From the NCBI RefSeq assembly GCF_009914755.1, contig NC_060937.1: a stretch of 64,000 bases of DNA, one strand, 5' to 3'. The notes beneath the pieces are model-generated. The model did not search any database. It was given only the letters and a program-made list of their open reading frames with translations, and was not told the origin of the DNA. Shown here piece by piece: positions 27,494 through 41,550 of this stretch. Position numbers and translations under genes: made by a program. Origin of the DNA: the human T2T-CHM13v2.0 reference genome, Homo sapiens. Position 1 is the first letter of the stretch. Every line of letters starts with the position of its first letter.

Positions 27494-28966
27494 CAGTCAT
27501 GCGTCACTAAATAATGAAGATAATTCTAAGAAATGCATTGTAAGATGATTTTGCCATTGTGGAATATTATAGAGTGTATCTATGCAAGCTTAGATGATAC
27601 AGCTTCCCACACACCTAGACTATATGCTCCTAGGCTAAGCCTATTGCTACTAGGCTACAAATCTTTGCAGCATGTGACTACGCTGAATGCTGTAGGCAAT
27701 TGTAACATAATGTTAAGTATTTGTGTATCTAGACATAGAAAAGGCACAGTAGAAATACAGCATAAAAGCTAAAAAATTGTATTCCTGTATAGCATGGAGC
27801 TTGCAGGATTGGAAGTTGCTCTGGGTGAGTCCAGTGAATGTGAAGGTCTAGGACATTACTGTACACTACTGTAGATATTATAAATACTGCACACTTAGGC
27901 TATACTAAATTTATAACAAATTCTTTCTTCAATAATGAGTTAAAATTAGCCCACTATCACTTTTTTACCTTATACACTTTTACATTTTTTAACTTTTTGA
28001 GTCTTTTGTAATAACACTTAGCTTAAAACACAAACACATGGTGGAGCTGTACAAAAATATTTTCTCTATATTCTTAGTCTATAGACATTTTTCTTTTTTC
28101 TTTTTTTTTACTTTTGTTTTGAAACAGGGTCTCATGTTGTTGCCCAGGCTGGAGTGCAGTGGCGTGGTCTTGGCTCACTGCAACCTCCGCCACCCTGGCT
28201 CAGGTGATCCTCCCACCTCAGCCTCCTGAGTAGCTGGGATAATAGGCACATACCACCACAACGAGCTAATGTTTGTATTTTTTGCAGAAGCAGAGTTTCG
28301 CCATGTTACCCAGGCTGGTCTCAAACTCCTGGGCTCAAGTGGTCTGCCTGGCTCGACCTCCCAAAGGGCTGGGATTACAGGAGTGAGGCACTGCACCTAG
28401 CTGTTTTTTACTTTAAAAAATTGTAATTAAAAACAAAGACACAAACATACATATTATCCTAGGCCTACAGGGTCAGAATGATCAATATCAGTGTCTTCTG
28501 CCTCCACATCTTGTCCCATGGGAAAGTCTGCAGGGAAAGTCACATGCAAGACTCTGTCATCTCCTATGATAACAATGTCTTTTTCTGGAATACCTCCTTA
28601 AGGACCGGCCTGAGGTGGTTTTATAGTTAACTTAAAAAAAAATAAGTAGAAGGAGTATACTCTAAAATAAAGGTTAAATGTATAGTTTAGTAAATACATA
28701 AACCGGTAACATAGCTGTTTATTATCAGTATCATATACTGTATATAATTGCATGTGTTATATTTCTATCTGTCTGGCAGCACAGTAGGTTTGTTTATACC
28801 AGCATCACACAAACACCAAACATGTGAGTAACATTGCACTATGATGTTATAAAGGCTACGGTGTCACTAGGCTATAGGAATTTTTCAGCTGTATTGTAAT
28901 CTTACGGGACCACTGTCTATAAGCAGTTCCTTGTTGACCAAAACATTGTTATGCAGTGAATGACTT
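27494..28966. mobile_element. Tigger3/Golem-derived (Tigger3b-like) DNA transposon with an Alu insertion, nested in L2
   Basis: Ends ta-cagtcatgcgtcac ... ttatgcagtgaatgact; internal agcctattgctactaggctacaaa, gtaggcaattgtaaca, ggaagttgctctgggtgagt. Confidence 0.88.
28088..28401 (-). mobile_element. AluJ (Jb-like)
   Basis: gaaacagggtctc...ggctcaggtgatcctcccacctcagcc...ctcctgggctcaagt; diverged, few CpGs. Confidence 0.92.
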
Positions 28967-30302
28967 TATAATTCCTTATATATATCATTTGCCTTCCAGC
29001 TCCATGACTTTGAGCTTTCTCCTTCTCTTTGTCAGGAATGTTCTTTACCCTCTTGTCTATCTTAAAGATATCCTATTTCTCATTTAGCACCTACCTTACA
29101 AGAACATTTCTCAAAGAATTGCCCCAGATTCCTCATGTATTCATTATCTTGTATGTTCTTCCAGTTTTGAACTTTTTATTATATTTTTTTAAAAATTTCT
29201 CTCCTTCCTTCTTCCTCACTCTCCCTTCCTTTCTTGCTTTCTTTTACGTTTCTCTTACCTCTACCCTTCTATGAGCTTTAAGCTTCTTGTTTCAGAAACA
29301 ATTATCTGTTATTGTTTCCCCAACAGATTGTTTGGAAACTTGAAGTCAATGCATAATGTGGAGATTTGTTAAAATATCATAATTGCTATTTAGGGATGTT
29401 TCTAGTAAAGTTCAACTCTGGGGTTGAACAACAGTAAATCAGTCAAACATTTCTTTTGTAGTAAAATTTTTATTTGAACACTTGCATATAATTTCACTGT
29501 TTAATTTTATCCTCCAAATGTATTATGTTTATAATTCAACTTTGTTCAAGGTCAACGCCACAAGTAGAATGAGTGTTGGAAAAACATAATAACTTCGTTT
29601 TTCTTGATGAAAGAAACATATAAGCTTTCTTATTCTTAGTTCACATGTAGCCCCCCACTCCCTATAATCTACTATTCCCACATTTAAAGCAAGAATCACA
29701 TTTTTGAAGTTGCAAGAGAAGAGTATAGGAAGAAAAGCGAAGGAAAAGTGAAGTATGGGTAAGTGGGAGAGAGCATTCTCTATTATTTGAGGCTGTATAA
29801 CCTTTTCTTTTTCTCTCCAGCTGACTTGCTGTGGCCTACAAGCTGAGGTGCTTGTGCACAAGTGCACAAGCTTAATAAAGGCAGAGTGAAGGTTTCATTC
29901 CCATAGTCATTGTTGGGATGACTTTGTTGTTCAGCTTGATCTGCCACCGCCTCATATAAGAATGTATCCTTATCCTGTTGCCATTTTGAAGCTGCATTTT
30001 CTTGGCCAACACTGGCTTCCAGTTTGAAAGAACTGTGCTTAAAAAGTTAACTCAACAAAACACATGCTATACTTACGATAGTGCGTATGCTGTACTGAGA
30101 ATAGTTGGGTGCTGTTGCATTTTATAGAAAAGATGTACTGATTTACTTCAATACTCACTAACAAATCTAACCTTTTATTTATAAGGTATTCTTCAGGACA
30201 GCATCAAACAGATGTAATAAGTAAAAGATCATATGTGGATCATTTCACTTTTGATCCAGTCAAATATAAACAAAACTTAAGCATTTTTACCACGGAACAA
30301 GT

Positions 30303-30536
30303 AATAGTTACCATTTGCTTTGTGTCTTCTATATGCCAAGCCTAACAATTGGCACCTTTGCCTAAATTAGTTCATTTTGTCCCTTTTACCAACCGCATGA
30401 AATAGGCATATCTTCCTCATTTTGTGTATGAGAAAACTGCAGCATTGATAAGTCGAATCCACCCGAGTGCATTCTTAAGTTTAAAGCATGTAGGTTAAAA
30501 TTAATTCTACCTATTTCCAAAGCTTGTGACTTTTAA
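30303..30536 (-). mobile_element. MIR-derived segment, copy 1 of a local duplication
   Basis: ccaaccgcatgaaatagg...cctcattttgtgtatgagaaaactg MIR core; closely related to 31394-31622. Confidence 0.7.
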
Positions 30537-31027
30537 TCTTCGCAATCTCACTTCAGTAATCTACTATAAACAATAAACTTCCACTCTTCCTCACCTCTCC
30601 TTTCTTCAAATGAAGGTTCCATCAAAGAAACACCTTGGAAGCTGAACATTTAAAAATTTATTATACTCTGAGCTAGTCCTGAAGAATAAGAACGAGACCA
30701 TCACTACTTTAGGTATTTTTTTTCTCAAAACATATTAAAATATGACTTGTTGAAGGATAATATATTTTAGTTAAACAATTGCCCCTTAATTCACAGACTG
30801 TAATTATATATATTTTTACCTGCTGAATGCATTTTGTTTTTAGTCTGATGTTTTAGAATTCTTTTTGAAATGCTGAAGCTCTTTCGGCTGTTTCTCAGGC
30901 ATTCCAAGTCTTTCTGTGTCTTTGGTTGCCATCCAGTGGCAGCAGCCATATACTTCAGTTGAGTAACAGAAACGAGAAACCCTCTACTTTCCAAGCTGTG
31001 TTTTCTCATTCAAAAGTGAACGGTAGG

Positions 31028-31393
31028 TGGATTAGTCCATTTTCACCCTGCTTTAAAGAAATACCCGAGACTGGCCCATTTATAAAAGAAAGAGGTTTAA
31101 TTGACTCACAGTTCTGCATGGCTGTGGAGGCCTCAGGAAACTTACAGTCATGGTGGAAGGCGAAAGGGAAGCAAGGACCTTCTTCACATGGCGCCAGGAA
31201 AGAGAGAGAAGAGCAGGAGAGACTGCCCCTTAGAAAACCATCAGATCCCATGAGAACTCACTCACTATCATGAGAATAGCATGGGGGAACCGCCCCCATG
31301 ATCCAATCACCTCCCACCAAGTCCCTCCCTTGACACGTGGGGATTACAATTCGAGATGAGATTTGGATGGGGACACAGAGCCAAACCAAATCA
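31028..31393 (-). mobile_element. THE1D/MSTA-like solo LTR
   Basis: ttagtccattttcac...gaggtttaattgactcacagttc...gggacacagagccaaaccaaatca; TSD gtagg/atagg. Confidence 0.92.
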
Positions 31394-31622
31394 ATAGGTA
31401 TTAATTTTGTGTACCTAATTTATGAAACTTTTAGCCTAAAATTAGTTCAGTATTTTCCTTTTTACCAACCCTATGAAATAGGTGTATTTTCCTCATTTTA
31501 TATGTGAGAAAACTGCAACACAGATAAATAAAAGAATCAACTCCAGTTCCTATAATTATTAAGTTTCAGGGTTATGGGTTAAAATTAATTCTGTTTATTT
31601 CCAAAACAGATGCCTTTCTTAA
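31394..31622 (-). mobile_element. MIR-derived segment, copy 2 of a local duplication
   Basis: ccaaccctatgaaatagg...cctcattttatatgtgagaaaactg. Confidence 0.7.
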
Positions 31623-31768
31623 GGAAAGCATCACACAGATAAAATCAGTAAAAGTTAATATGTCTTATGTTTTTCTCATTAAGAAAAATAAAAGTTTTTT
31701 TCCTAACATTTATTCTGTTTGTGGCATTGATTTTGAAAAAAAAAACTTGAATTATAAATATACAATTT

Positions 31769-32058
<290 letters not shown>

Positions 32059-32177
32059 TTATATGCAATTGGTGAAGTAAAACTTTTGTCCCCACTGAGT
32101 CCAATGAAGATACACATGTATTTAGAAACTGACAAAAGACAGTTTTACCTAAATTTAAAAAATAGTTTTTACTTTAA

Positions 32178-32490
<313 letters not shown>

Positions 32491-33099
32491 TAATCAGAAA
32501 ATACATAACCAACATTTTCCCCTTCAGAAAATCATTGAAGTATTCGTGTTAAAAGTTCTACTAAAGTCAATAATTAGCATGTCTCTATATCAGTGATTAA
32601 TGCCATCAAATCAAATGCTAGCTTTCTCACATTTTTCTCAAATATGGTTTCTTACCAATGAGAGACGGTTAGTATAAAGGTCCCAAAAGATAATTTATAA
32701 TCATAAAATGTATTTAGATAACATCTTCCCAGATGGACAAGTTGTAGTCTATAGTGTGGATATAATTTTTAGGAAGTACTTTAAAACAGAGATATATTAG
32801 AAACTATGAGACATATTAAATCAGAGACAGATTAGAAACTCTGTGAACAGAGGTGAGGAACATGTACTGCCATAAAAGAAAATGGGGTTTATTTAAGCCA
32901 CTAAAAGTAAGGATATAAAATGGACAATCCTGATAGTTAAAAAGTGTCATGTTCATCTATTCAAAATGTAGTATAGTTTTATTTGAGATTGTCTTTTTTT
33001 AAGTTTTAAGATGAAAAAAATTTGTATCAAAAGAATTATTTGAAAAATATTCTTCATCTGAGTAAAAAGTCCTGGGTCTCTGGGTAGATAATAATTTCA

Positions 33100-33501
<402 letters not shown>

Positions 33502-33952
33502 TCAAAAAGTAGTTGATTAACTATGCCATGGTTATAGCCATATGTGATTTTTAGTTTAATTTTGAATTCAAAAGTTGGCAATAACTAGATTAGAAAATGT
33601 ATCATATGTTGCCAAACATTCAGAAGTCGCTTTCACCTCACACTGCTCTACCAAAACTTCTTAGTTTAATGTCACCAGTGACCTCTGATTGCTAAGCCCA
33701 GTGGTTGCTACTTGGGTATCTTTTTATTTGATCTAGCAGCAGCATTTGACACTTTATTTTTCCCCGTTGTTTGGTACAGTTCTTCTCGTGGCTACACGGA
33801 TTCCACATTCTCTTGGTTGTGATTCTTTCTCACCGGTCATCCTGCCTCACCTCCATTGTTAATTTCTCCCCTTCTCTCCACCATCTTTAATATTGGTGCA
33901 CCTGAGGGCTCAGGCTTTTGTTCTGTTCTCTTCTCTTAGAAACCCTTTGAAC

Positions 33953-34179
33953 TAGGTTTTCAAAACCATGGCCCTACTGACATTTTGGGTCAGACAATTC
34001 TTTATATGTGGGGCTATCCTGAGCATTGTAGGATGTTCAGCAGTATCCCTGGTCTCTAATAGCCTCTACCTATTAGATGCCACTAGTAATTCATTCCCCG
34101 ATTGTGACAACCAAAAATGTCTCCAGACATTGCCAGCTGTCCCCTGGGGAAAAACAATTGCCTTCAGTTGAAAACCACT
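33953..34179. mobile_element. MER20 (hAT-Charlie)
   Basis: gacattttgggtcagacaattcttt...gcattgtaggatgttcagcag...gtgacaaccaaaaatgtctccagacattgcca...gttgaaaaccactg. Confidence 0.9.
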
Positions 34180-34740
34180 GACGTACTCTTTGCAATCTTG
34201 GGGATATCATTCAGAGTTACACCTTTAAATACATGAATACGATATTGATTAACATATTTATTTTACTAACCCAGTCTTTCACAAATTTCAGGCTTGTATA
34301 TCCAACTGCTTACTTGGCATATTCAGCTCAATGGCTATAAATATCTGAAACTTCAGATGTTCAAAACGAAACTGATCTTCCCTCCTAAACCCTTGATCTT
34401 AGTCATTAACACATTTTTATGCTAATTCCAGCTTTCAGTTTCACAGGCTCAAAATCTTGTCTTTAATCTTGACTTTTCACCTTATCCACATTCCACATTA
34501 ATCCACATTCAGCCCATCTGCACAGATCTTCTAAATACATTCAAAGTGCAGTCATCTTTCACCCTGATGTGATACACTATCATCTCCCTCTGGGATTTCT
34601 GAACTTATGCTGAGATTCCATTAATTCCAACTACTCTCCCTACTTCCACCCTTGCTCCTCCCCCTGCCCTGGGTAATCTGTTTCTAACAAAGCAGAAATC
34701 TGCCTCAGGTCTGTCACTCTCTACTACAATGATTCAAAGT

Positions 34741-35037
34741 TTTTCTTTCTTTTTTTTGAGACCAAGTCTCGCTCTGTCACCCAGGCTGGAGTGTAGTGGC
34801 ACGATCTCAGCTCACCACAACCTCTGCCTCCTAAGTTCAAGTGATTCTCCTGCCTCAGCCTCCTGAGTAGCTGGGATTACAGGTGCCCACCACCACGCCT
34901 GGCTAATTTTTGTATTTTTAGTCGAAATGGGGTTTCACCATGTTGGTCACGCTGGTCTCAAACTCCTGACCTCGCGATCCGCCTGCGTCAGCCTCCCAAA
35001 GTGCTGGGATTACAGGCGTGAGCCACCACGCCTGGCC
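34741..35037 (-). mobile_element. AluS
   Basis: Full length; 12-bp TSD caaagtttttct. Confidence 0.95.
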
Positions 35038-35164
35038 CAAAGTTTTTCTATTTCTCAGAATAAACTTGAAAGCCTTTGGATGGCCTAACAAGTCCTGCAT
35101 TACTTGGTCCCCAGTGACCTCTCTGATCAGCTTCCCTCCTGCTCTCCCTTCCTTACTCACTTTG

Positions 35165-36290
35165 CTTTTTTGTTACCTGTACATCTTTTTGACAGAGTGC
35201 CTATTTGATTTTTTTATTTTTTAAAAAGGGGTTGTTTTCATTGATTATTGAAAGGTTTTTATATACATTAAGTTACGTGTTTAAAAAAACATTTCTCTGG
35301 GTTTGTGGCTTGCCTTTCCACTTTGTGTATGTGTCGTGTTTTTCATATCGTGATTTAAGAATTTTTACCATACCAATGGTCATAAATATTTCTCCTATAT
35401 CTTATTCTGGAAGTTTTTCTTCTTTAAACTATAATATTTATGTCAAGAATCCCTTTCAAATTATGTGTTATATACAATGTGAATTCAGGATTGAAGTTCA
35501 TTTGTTTTTACATTTGATTATTCTGTTGCTTGGGGGAGAACTGATCTCTTAACAATATTGTATCTTTCAATCTATAAATGTTTCTTCATTTATTTGGGCT
35601 CTTCATCATTCTTTTTTAGCAGTGTTTTGAAGTTTTCAGTACACAGGTCTGGCACATCTTTTGTTACATTTATCCATAAGTGTTTCTCTTTTTTTTTTTT
35701 TTTGAGGCTATTGTAAATGGTACAATTACTTTTATTTTGATTTGCAATTGTTCAATACTAGTATACAGAAATGTGACTAATGTGTTTATGTTGATCCTAC
35801 AAAATTGCTAAAGTTTCTAATTAGTTTTAATGTCTCCTTTTTAGATTCTATAGGATTTTCTATGTAGACAATCATATTGTCTGTAAATAAAGACAGTTTT
35901 GCATTTGCTATCTACTCTGAATGGCATTTATTAATTATTCTTGCTATTTTGAACTGTTTAGAACATCAGATAAATGTTGAATAGAAGTGGTTAGAGTTGA
36001 TATTTTTGTCTGAGTTTTGATTTTAAGGGGAAATCATTCAGTTTTTAATCTCTAGTTGCAATGCCATATATATGGTCTCATATGAACCTTTTATGAGATT
36101 CTTAGTTTGCTTAGAGTTTTTATTATGAATAGATGTGGGATTTTTTCAAATGCTTTCTCTATCTGAGGTGATCATATGTTTTTAAAATTTGTTAATATGG
36201 TGAATTACATTGATTGGTTTATGAATAAACCAACTTTGCATTCCTAGGATAAACACCACTTGATTTTGATATCAACATTTAAATAATATA
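35165..36290 (-). mobile_element. Old L1 ORF2 fragments (L1M)
   Basis: gctattgtaaatgg...ggattttctatgtagacaatcatattgtctgtaaataaagacagtttt...atgttgaatagaagtgg...ccaactttgcattcctaggataaac. Confidence 0.8.
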
Positions 36291-36811
36291 CTCAGTGCTG
36301 AAGAAAGTAGGGGGAGAAATATGTTCTCCAACATCGCTGATTGGGATGTAAAGAGGCAAGACATTTTTGTAAGACAGTTTGCCTATGTATTAAATGGTTT
36401 ACACATATTGGCATCATCTCATCCAGCAATTCTGTTTCAAGAAATTGTAAGGGGGAAATCAACTGTGAATAAATATTTATAAACATGTATATTTATGTAA
36501 AATTATGAAAAAGGTAGAGATGCAATTTTTCAATAACAGAAGAGGGCTTAAATAAGTGACAGAGAAATGTTATTAACATTCTGTCATTTTGTAATGATAA
36601 ATTAAATGACAGTACTTACATTTAAAATAACATGTATAATATGATCCCCTTTATATAATAAGCATGCATATATTTATGCATGAAAGAAACACTGAAGAAT
36701 TTACCAGCTAATTTTAACCATTTTATCTCCTGAGGGTGAGAGCTTTTTTTTAAAGCTATAATTTCTGATTTGTATTTGTATGTTTCAATTCTTTCCAATA
36801 AAAATTCATAC

Positions 36812-37184
36812 TTGAGACTTCTTGGCCTGCTATAACAAAATGTCATTGACTGGGTGACTTAAAACAACAAATATTTATTTCTTACAGTTTTAGAGGCAGG
36901 GCAGTCCAAGAACAAGGTGCTGACATGTTTAGTATGTAGTGAGGGCCTTCTTCCTGGTTTGCAGAAGGCTGCCTTCTTGCTGTATCCTAACATGGGCACG
37001 ACAGATTGATGTCTCATTTCTTCCTCTTTTTATAAGGACATTAATCCCATCATAAGGGACCCACTCTCATGACCTAATCTAACCCTAATTACTTCCCCAA
37101 GTCCTCACCTTTAAGTCCATCAATTTGGGGATTAGGACTTCAACATATGAATATTGGGGAGACATAAACATTCAATCTGTAGCA
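36812..37184 (-). mobile_element. MLT1A-like MaLR solo LTR
   Basis: ctgctataacaaaat...ttataaggacattaatcccatcat...ggattaggacttcaacatatgaat...acattcaatctgtagca. Confidence 0.87.
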
Positions 37185-37641
37185 ATGCATTTTTTTGCAT
37201 TAGGAAAAAAATAAGAAACAGAAAAAATATTTTTTCAATGTAGCTAATTTGGATCAATTCATCTGCCATTTTGGTAACTGTTTTGCTGCATAATCCTTGA
37301 TGGGGAATCCAGAATTATCCTAACTTTATTTTACATTATTTTGCTACTTGTTAAACAGTGATATATATACTATTATTCAAAAGATATCATTTTTGAGGTC
37401 TTTCTAGGTTTTTAAAATTTGTCATAACTGGGAGAGGAAAATTTCTGAGAAAATGTTATTGAAGATCAAGAAATTGTTAAGTGTATAAATAGAGGTGGCT
37501 GGGCCTTGTTTATTTTGTTTCAGAATATTGCCCCAGTGGTAACACTTAAATATTCAAAACAATACATTTGGGGGGAATAAAAGGAAACTTTGTGTTACAT
37601 GATGTGTTGTTAATTTTTAGATATTAATGGCTTTTATTCTA

Positions 37642-38006
<365 letters not shown>

Positions 38007-38437
38007 TTAACTTATAAAGGTGAATAAGAAAGTTAATATGTTTGAGTACTTTAATGCTTTCTAATTTATCAAAATAGAACTGTGCATTTACTCAAAAAGC
38101 CCTTTGATAACATCTTAAAAAATAATATTGGTATGGCTGCTCAATAGCTCTGATCTTAAATAGTATTTGTAATGTATCAAAGTGAGGTAGAAAATAAAAA
38201 CAATTTTTCCATATAATTGGAACTAAAAACACACAGTTATTTAGCATTAATTTTTTTCAATTGTGAGAATTTTGGACAGAAATAAAATCTTTTTCTTTAT
38301 CCCCCTGCTAAACTTGGCTTTATTCCCTAAGAAATAAAGAAAACACTAGCAAAACATTGAGGTAAAAATGCACGCTGACTTTCTACTATACAGACAATGT
38401 AAAGGGCTTTAAATTTGTTATAAAAATTATGTGTACC

Positions 38438-38872
38438 TGTTGTAGTTCATTTCTGTTGCTATAACAGAATACTTGAGACTGGGTAATTTATAAACAAAAG
38501 AGGTGTATTTGGCGCACTATCCTATATTGAGATAGGATAGTGACTTCACACTATAGGCTGGGAAGTTTAAGCTTGGATAGCTGCATCTGGTAGCTTCTGG
38601 TAAGGGCTTCGTGCTCAGTCAAACAAAACACAGCGGAGAAATAGAAGGGGAGCTAGGCGCTTTCACAAAAGGGCAAAACACAAGATACAACCTGACTTTA
38701 AAACAACCTATTTTGGGGGAACTAATCTATTCCTGCTAGAATTAAGCCAGTCTTCAGAAAAATATATTAATTCCTCTTAAAGACTTAATCATCTTAAAGG
38801 CGCCACCTCCCAACATTGCCACGTTGAGGGCCAAGTCTCAATGTGAGTTGTGGTGAGGACAAACCAACATTC
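38438..38872 (-). mobile_element. MST-type MaLR solo LTR
   Basis: ttgctataacagaatacttgagactgggtaatttataaac...tcttaaaggcgccacctcccaacattgccacgttg...ggacaaac. Confidence 0.8.
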
Positions 38873-38899
38873 ATCTTTTATATTTTTTATACATTTTAA

Positions 38900-39058
38900 T
38901 ATTTTTATAGCAGCCATTATAACAGGTGTGAGGTGATATTTCATTGTGGTTTAATTTTCATTTCTCAGATTGTTAGTTATGTTGAAGATTTCTTTATATA
39001 CCTGTTGACTATTTCTATGTCTTCTCTTGAGAAATAGCTATTAAGGTCATTTGCCCAA
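38900..39058 (-). mobile_element. L1 fragment
   Basis: agccattataacaggtgtgaggtgatatttcattgtggtttaatt...atgtcttctcttgagaaat...tttgccca. Confidence 0.8.
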
Positions 39059-39869
39059 GGCATACACTCTTAATACTTTGTCTCAGAATAGTATTTTAGA
39101 TGTAAGTTAGTGATGCTTTTCTTGCCTATTCAACTTTTTCATGCATTTACTACTCATTAGCTCTTGCATTCAGATATTTATTCATGCAGCCATGTTTATG
39201 TTTCTAGTATATGCTACACCTTCTACTAGTTGCTGAAGATATGGCTTTGAACAAAAACAACAATGCTCCTACCCTCATGAGCTATATTTTAGCTTATGTT
39301 AGGGGTATAATGTTAATGATGATTTCTATGGTGTAAATCAGGACTTTAAATTTTCTATGATATGTTCAGAACATTTATTATTTCTTTGATAATCAAATGA
39401 AAAGCATCTGATAGAGTGTGATAAACTGAGAACTTGTAATTACTTCTCCTCAACCTAAATATTTAATGTGTATTGTAAATGTAGTAGAAGAGCCTCTTTG
39501 TGGTAGCAAGCTGGTTTTTGGATTCTTGAAATACAAATGTATGTTAATGTATTCTAAGTAGCTATTCATTTCTTTTTTACACATTTCCTGTGATGAATGG
39601 CTGTGCTAACAACATAATCTGAGATAACATTGTCTGAAATGCTGGTGTACTCCATACCCGTGTTTCTCCTCATCTTTTGGTGCTTACATGAACTAAAAAT
39701 CTCGGTGTGAATGAAAGTGTATTTTATAAATTTTAGAAAAGAGTGATGCTCCTTTAGCCAGACTTTTAACAGAGACTGGATTATTGTTTTCTAGCCTCAC
39801 AGTGTGAAACACAAGGTACTCACTTCTTGGCTGATTTTAAAATTAAAAGCCGTGAGACCCAGAATAAAT

Positions 39870-40290
39870 GTGGTTCACAGAGACAAGGATCTCCATATTC
39901 CTAATACTTTCATTTCTCTCTGACACTAGAACTGGTGGAACAAAGAGAAGAGATAGCATTAGCAGAGCCAAGGGCCCATCTGAGGAACCTGGGCTCATAT
40001 TGGGTGGTGCCAGGTGGAAGTCAGGAAGGAATGCCGAGGTAGAGCCAATGCTATAGGAATTGGAACTGTAGAGAAGACACAGCCGCTACCTAGATGCTCC
40101 CTGGAAAATGAGAAAAATAGAACTATCCTGGCTTCTCACATGCTGTAGCACTCCAAAATCCTCCAGAGTCTCTCATTGGCTACACCTACCTAGAAGCCAG
40201 CTTGTAAGGAAGCCTAGGAAATGTTGCTTGCATGGTGGAAATGAAAGTATGAGATCTGAGATCAGGGCAGTAAAGGACTAGTGTGACCCA
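39870..40290 (-). mobile_element. Old ERVL-class LTR remnant (subfamily uncertain)
   Basis: ctctcattggctacacctacctagaagccag...aaggaagcctaggaaatgt motif; adjoins ERVL internal sequence. Confidence 0.45.
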
Positions 40291-40343
40291 ACTGTATTGT
40301 AGCTAAGCTTCCATTCTCATATTTCTGCCCATATTTAATTGCT

Positions 40344-40417
40344 TTACATCAACAATTACATGTTGATGTTTAATTACATCAACAATTACATGTTGATGTT
40401 TAATTACATCAACAATT
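40344..40417. repeat. Perfect 30-bp tandem repeat (about 2.5 copies) with a self-complementary unit
   Basis: (ttacatcaacaattacatgttgatgtttaa)n; visible as YINNYMLMFN repeats in track ORF 40339..40605. Confidence 0.95.
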
Positions 40418-40799
40418 GTATGAGGCAGCTCTCCGTTGTAAAATTGAAAATACTCTCTTCCACTACTAAACAGGAGAGGTCCAGCATCCTATCAGTCACT
40501 ACATACATCTCAAAGTCCAGCATCTCTCTCTCTAGATGGTTAAGCAGATCTGAATATGGTTACTCAGGACTGGTGACTTATAAACTAAATCTTAAAATAG
40601 GGTGATATAAAATAGAAGAATGTCAAAGGGAAAAATAAATAGTTGGTTAAAATACGTATGTATATTCATAACGCTAATATGAAGCTTGATTCTAATAGTA
40701 CTTGGTTTTTATAATTGATTAAAGGTCATATTGATAACTATCACTTTCTTCTTTCATAACGAATTCCATGCTTTCAGACAGTATCTCAGAGAGTAAGAG

Positions 40800-41550
40800 T
40801 TATTGCTTGGTTGGATAATTCAACCTTTATTCTTGAAGATTTCTCAGTGTTCCTGGCTTTATTGAATTGCTTTAGTCTTTCATTATCTTTTACTTTTGAA
40901 CATGGATGAAATCAGAGGTGTCCCTGTGAAACTCTTGGTTACAGAAACAGTCTTTCCTGACTTCACTGCGTAGCAGCAACCCAGTCATTTCTTGATAACC
41001 AGAATCAACCAACACATCTAGTATAGTAACACATGTTAACTATGACTATTGGTTTAGTAACATAGGAGGAAGACAAAAGAGCAAAATGATAGTCTCAACT
41101 TGCAATTAATTAAAAGCTCTGTGTCTTCTGGTGGTAGCATTTCTCCCACAGGAATTAAGAAGTCCTAAACCAGCAGAACCCCTGATTATGGGATTACACT
41201 GTACAAATTCTACTGATAGGGCATTCATTATAATAGAGTGACCACTCTGACTTTCACCCTTTCATTCTTAGACCCATGTAGTTTGGCTATGAGTGAAATA
41301 GTATCATTTGTTGATGGCTCATTCAAAGTATATTTCTCTTCTCTATGATCACATCTCAGCCTAGCAGGGTATTTTTTTCTAACCTGGAGCCACAGTTGTG
41401 TCTTCAATAGCTATTCCACTGTTAGGTTAGGTCAGCTGTTTCTAAGTAACAGTTCATAGTAAAACCAGTAAATTCCATGGGCATGAGTTTTTCTGCATTT
41501 CTTTGGCTTCGAATGAATTCTTCGATCAAAAGCAATTCTGTATAAAATGC
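40800..41550 (-). pseudogene. Decayed ERVL internal region (integrase C-terminus plus dUTPase)
   Basis: Minus-strand peptides GEMLPPEDT (41146-41120), VTILDVLVDSGYQ (41030-40992) and SSRIKV (40839-40822) occur in the same order as recalled ERVL motifs GGMLPPGDT, VTVLAGVIDPDYQ and PSGMKV; stops and frameshifts present. Confidence 0.75.

Larger units (their letters stand above)
33620..35160 (+). mobile_element. L2 LINE fragment interrupted by MER20 and an Alu
   Basis: gtcaccagtgacctc...agcagcatttgacac...tatatccaactgcttacttggcat...ctccctacttccacccttgctcc. Confidence 0.75.

Noticed and set aside
40344-40417. CRISPR-like look (30-bp period, palindromic unit)
   Set aside because: No unique spacers, no cas genes, primate intron; it is a plain tandem repeat.
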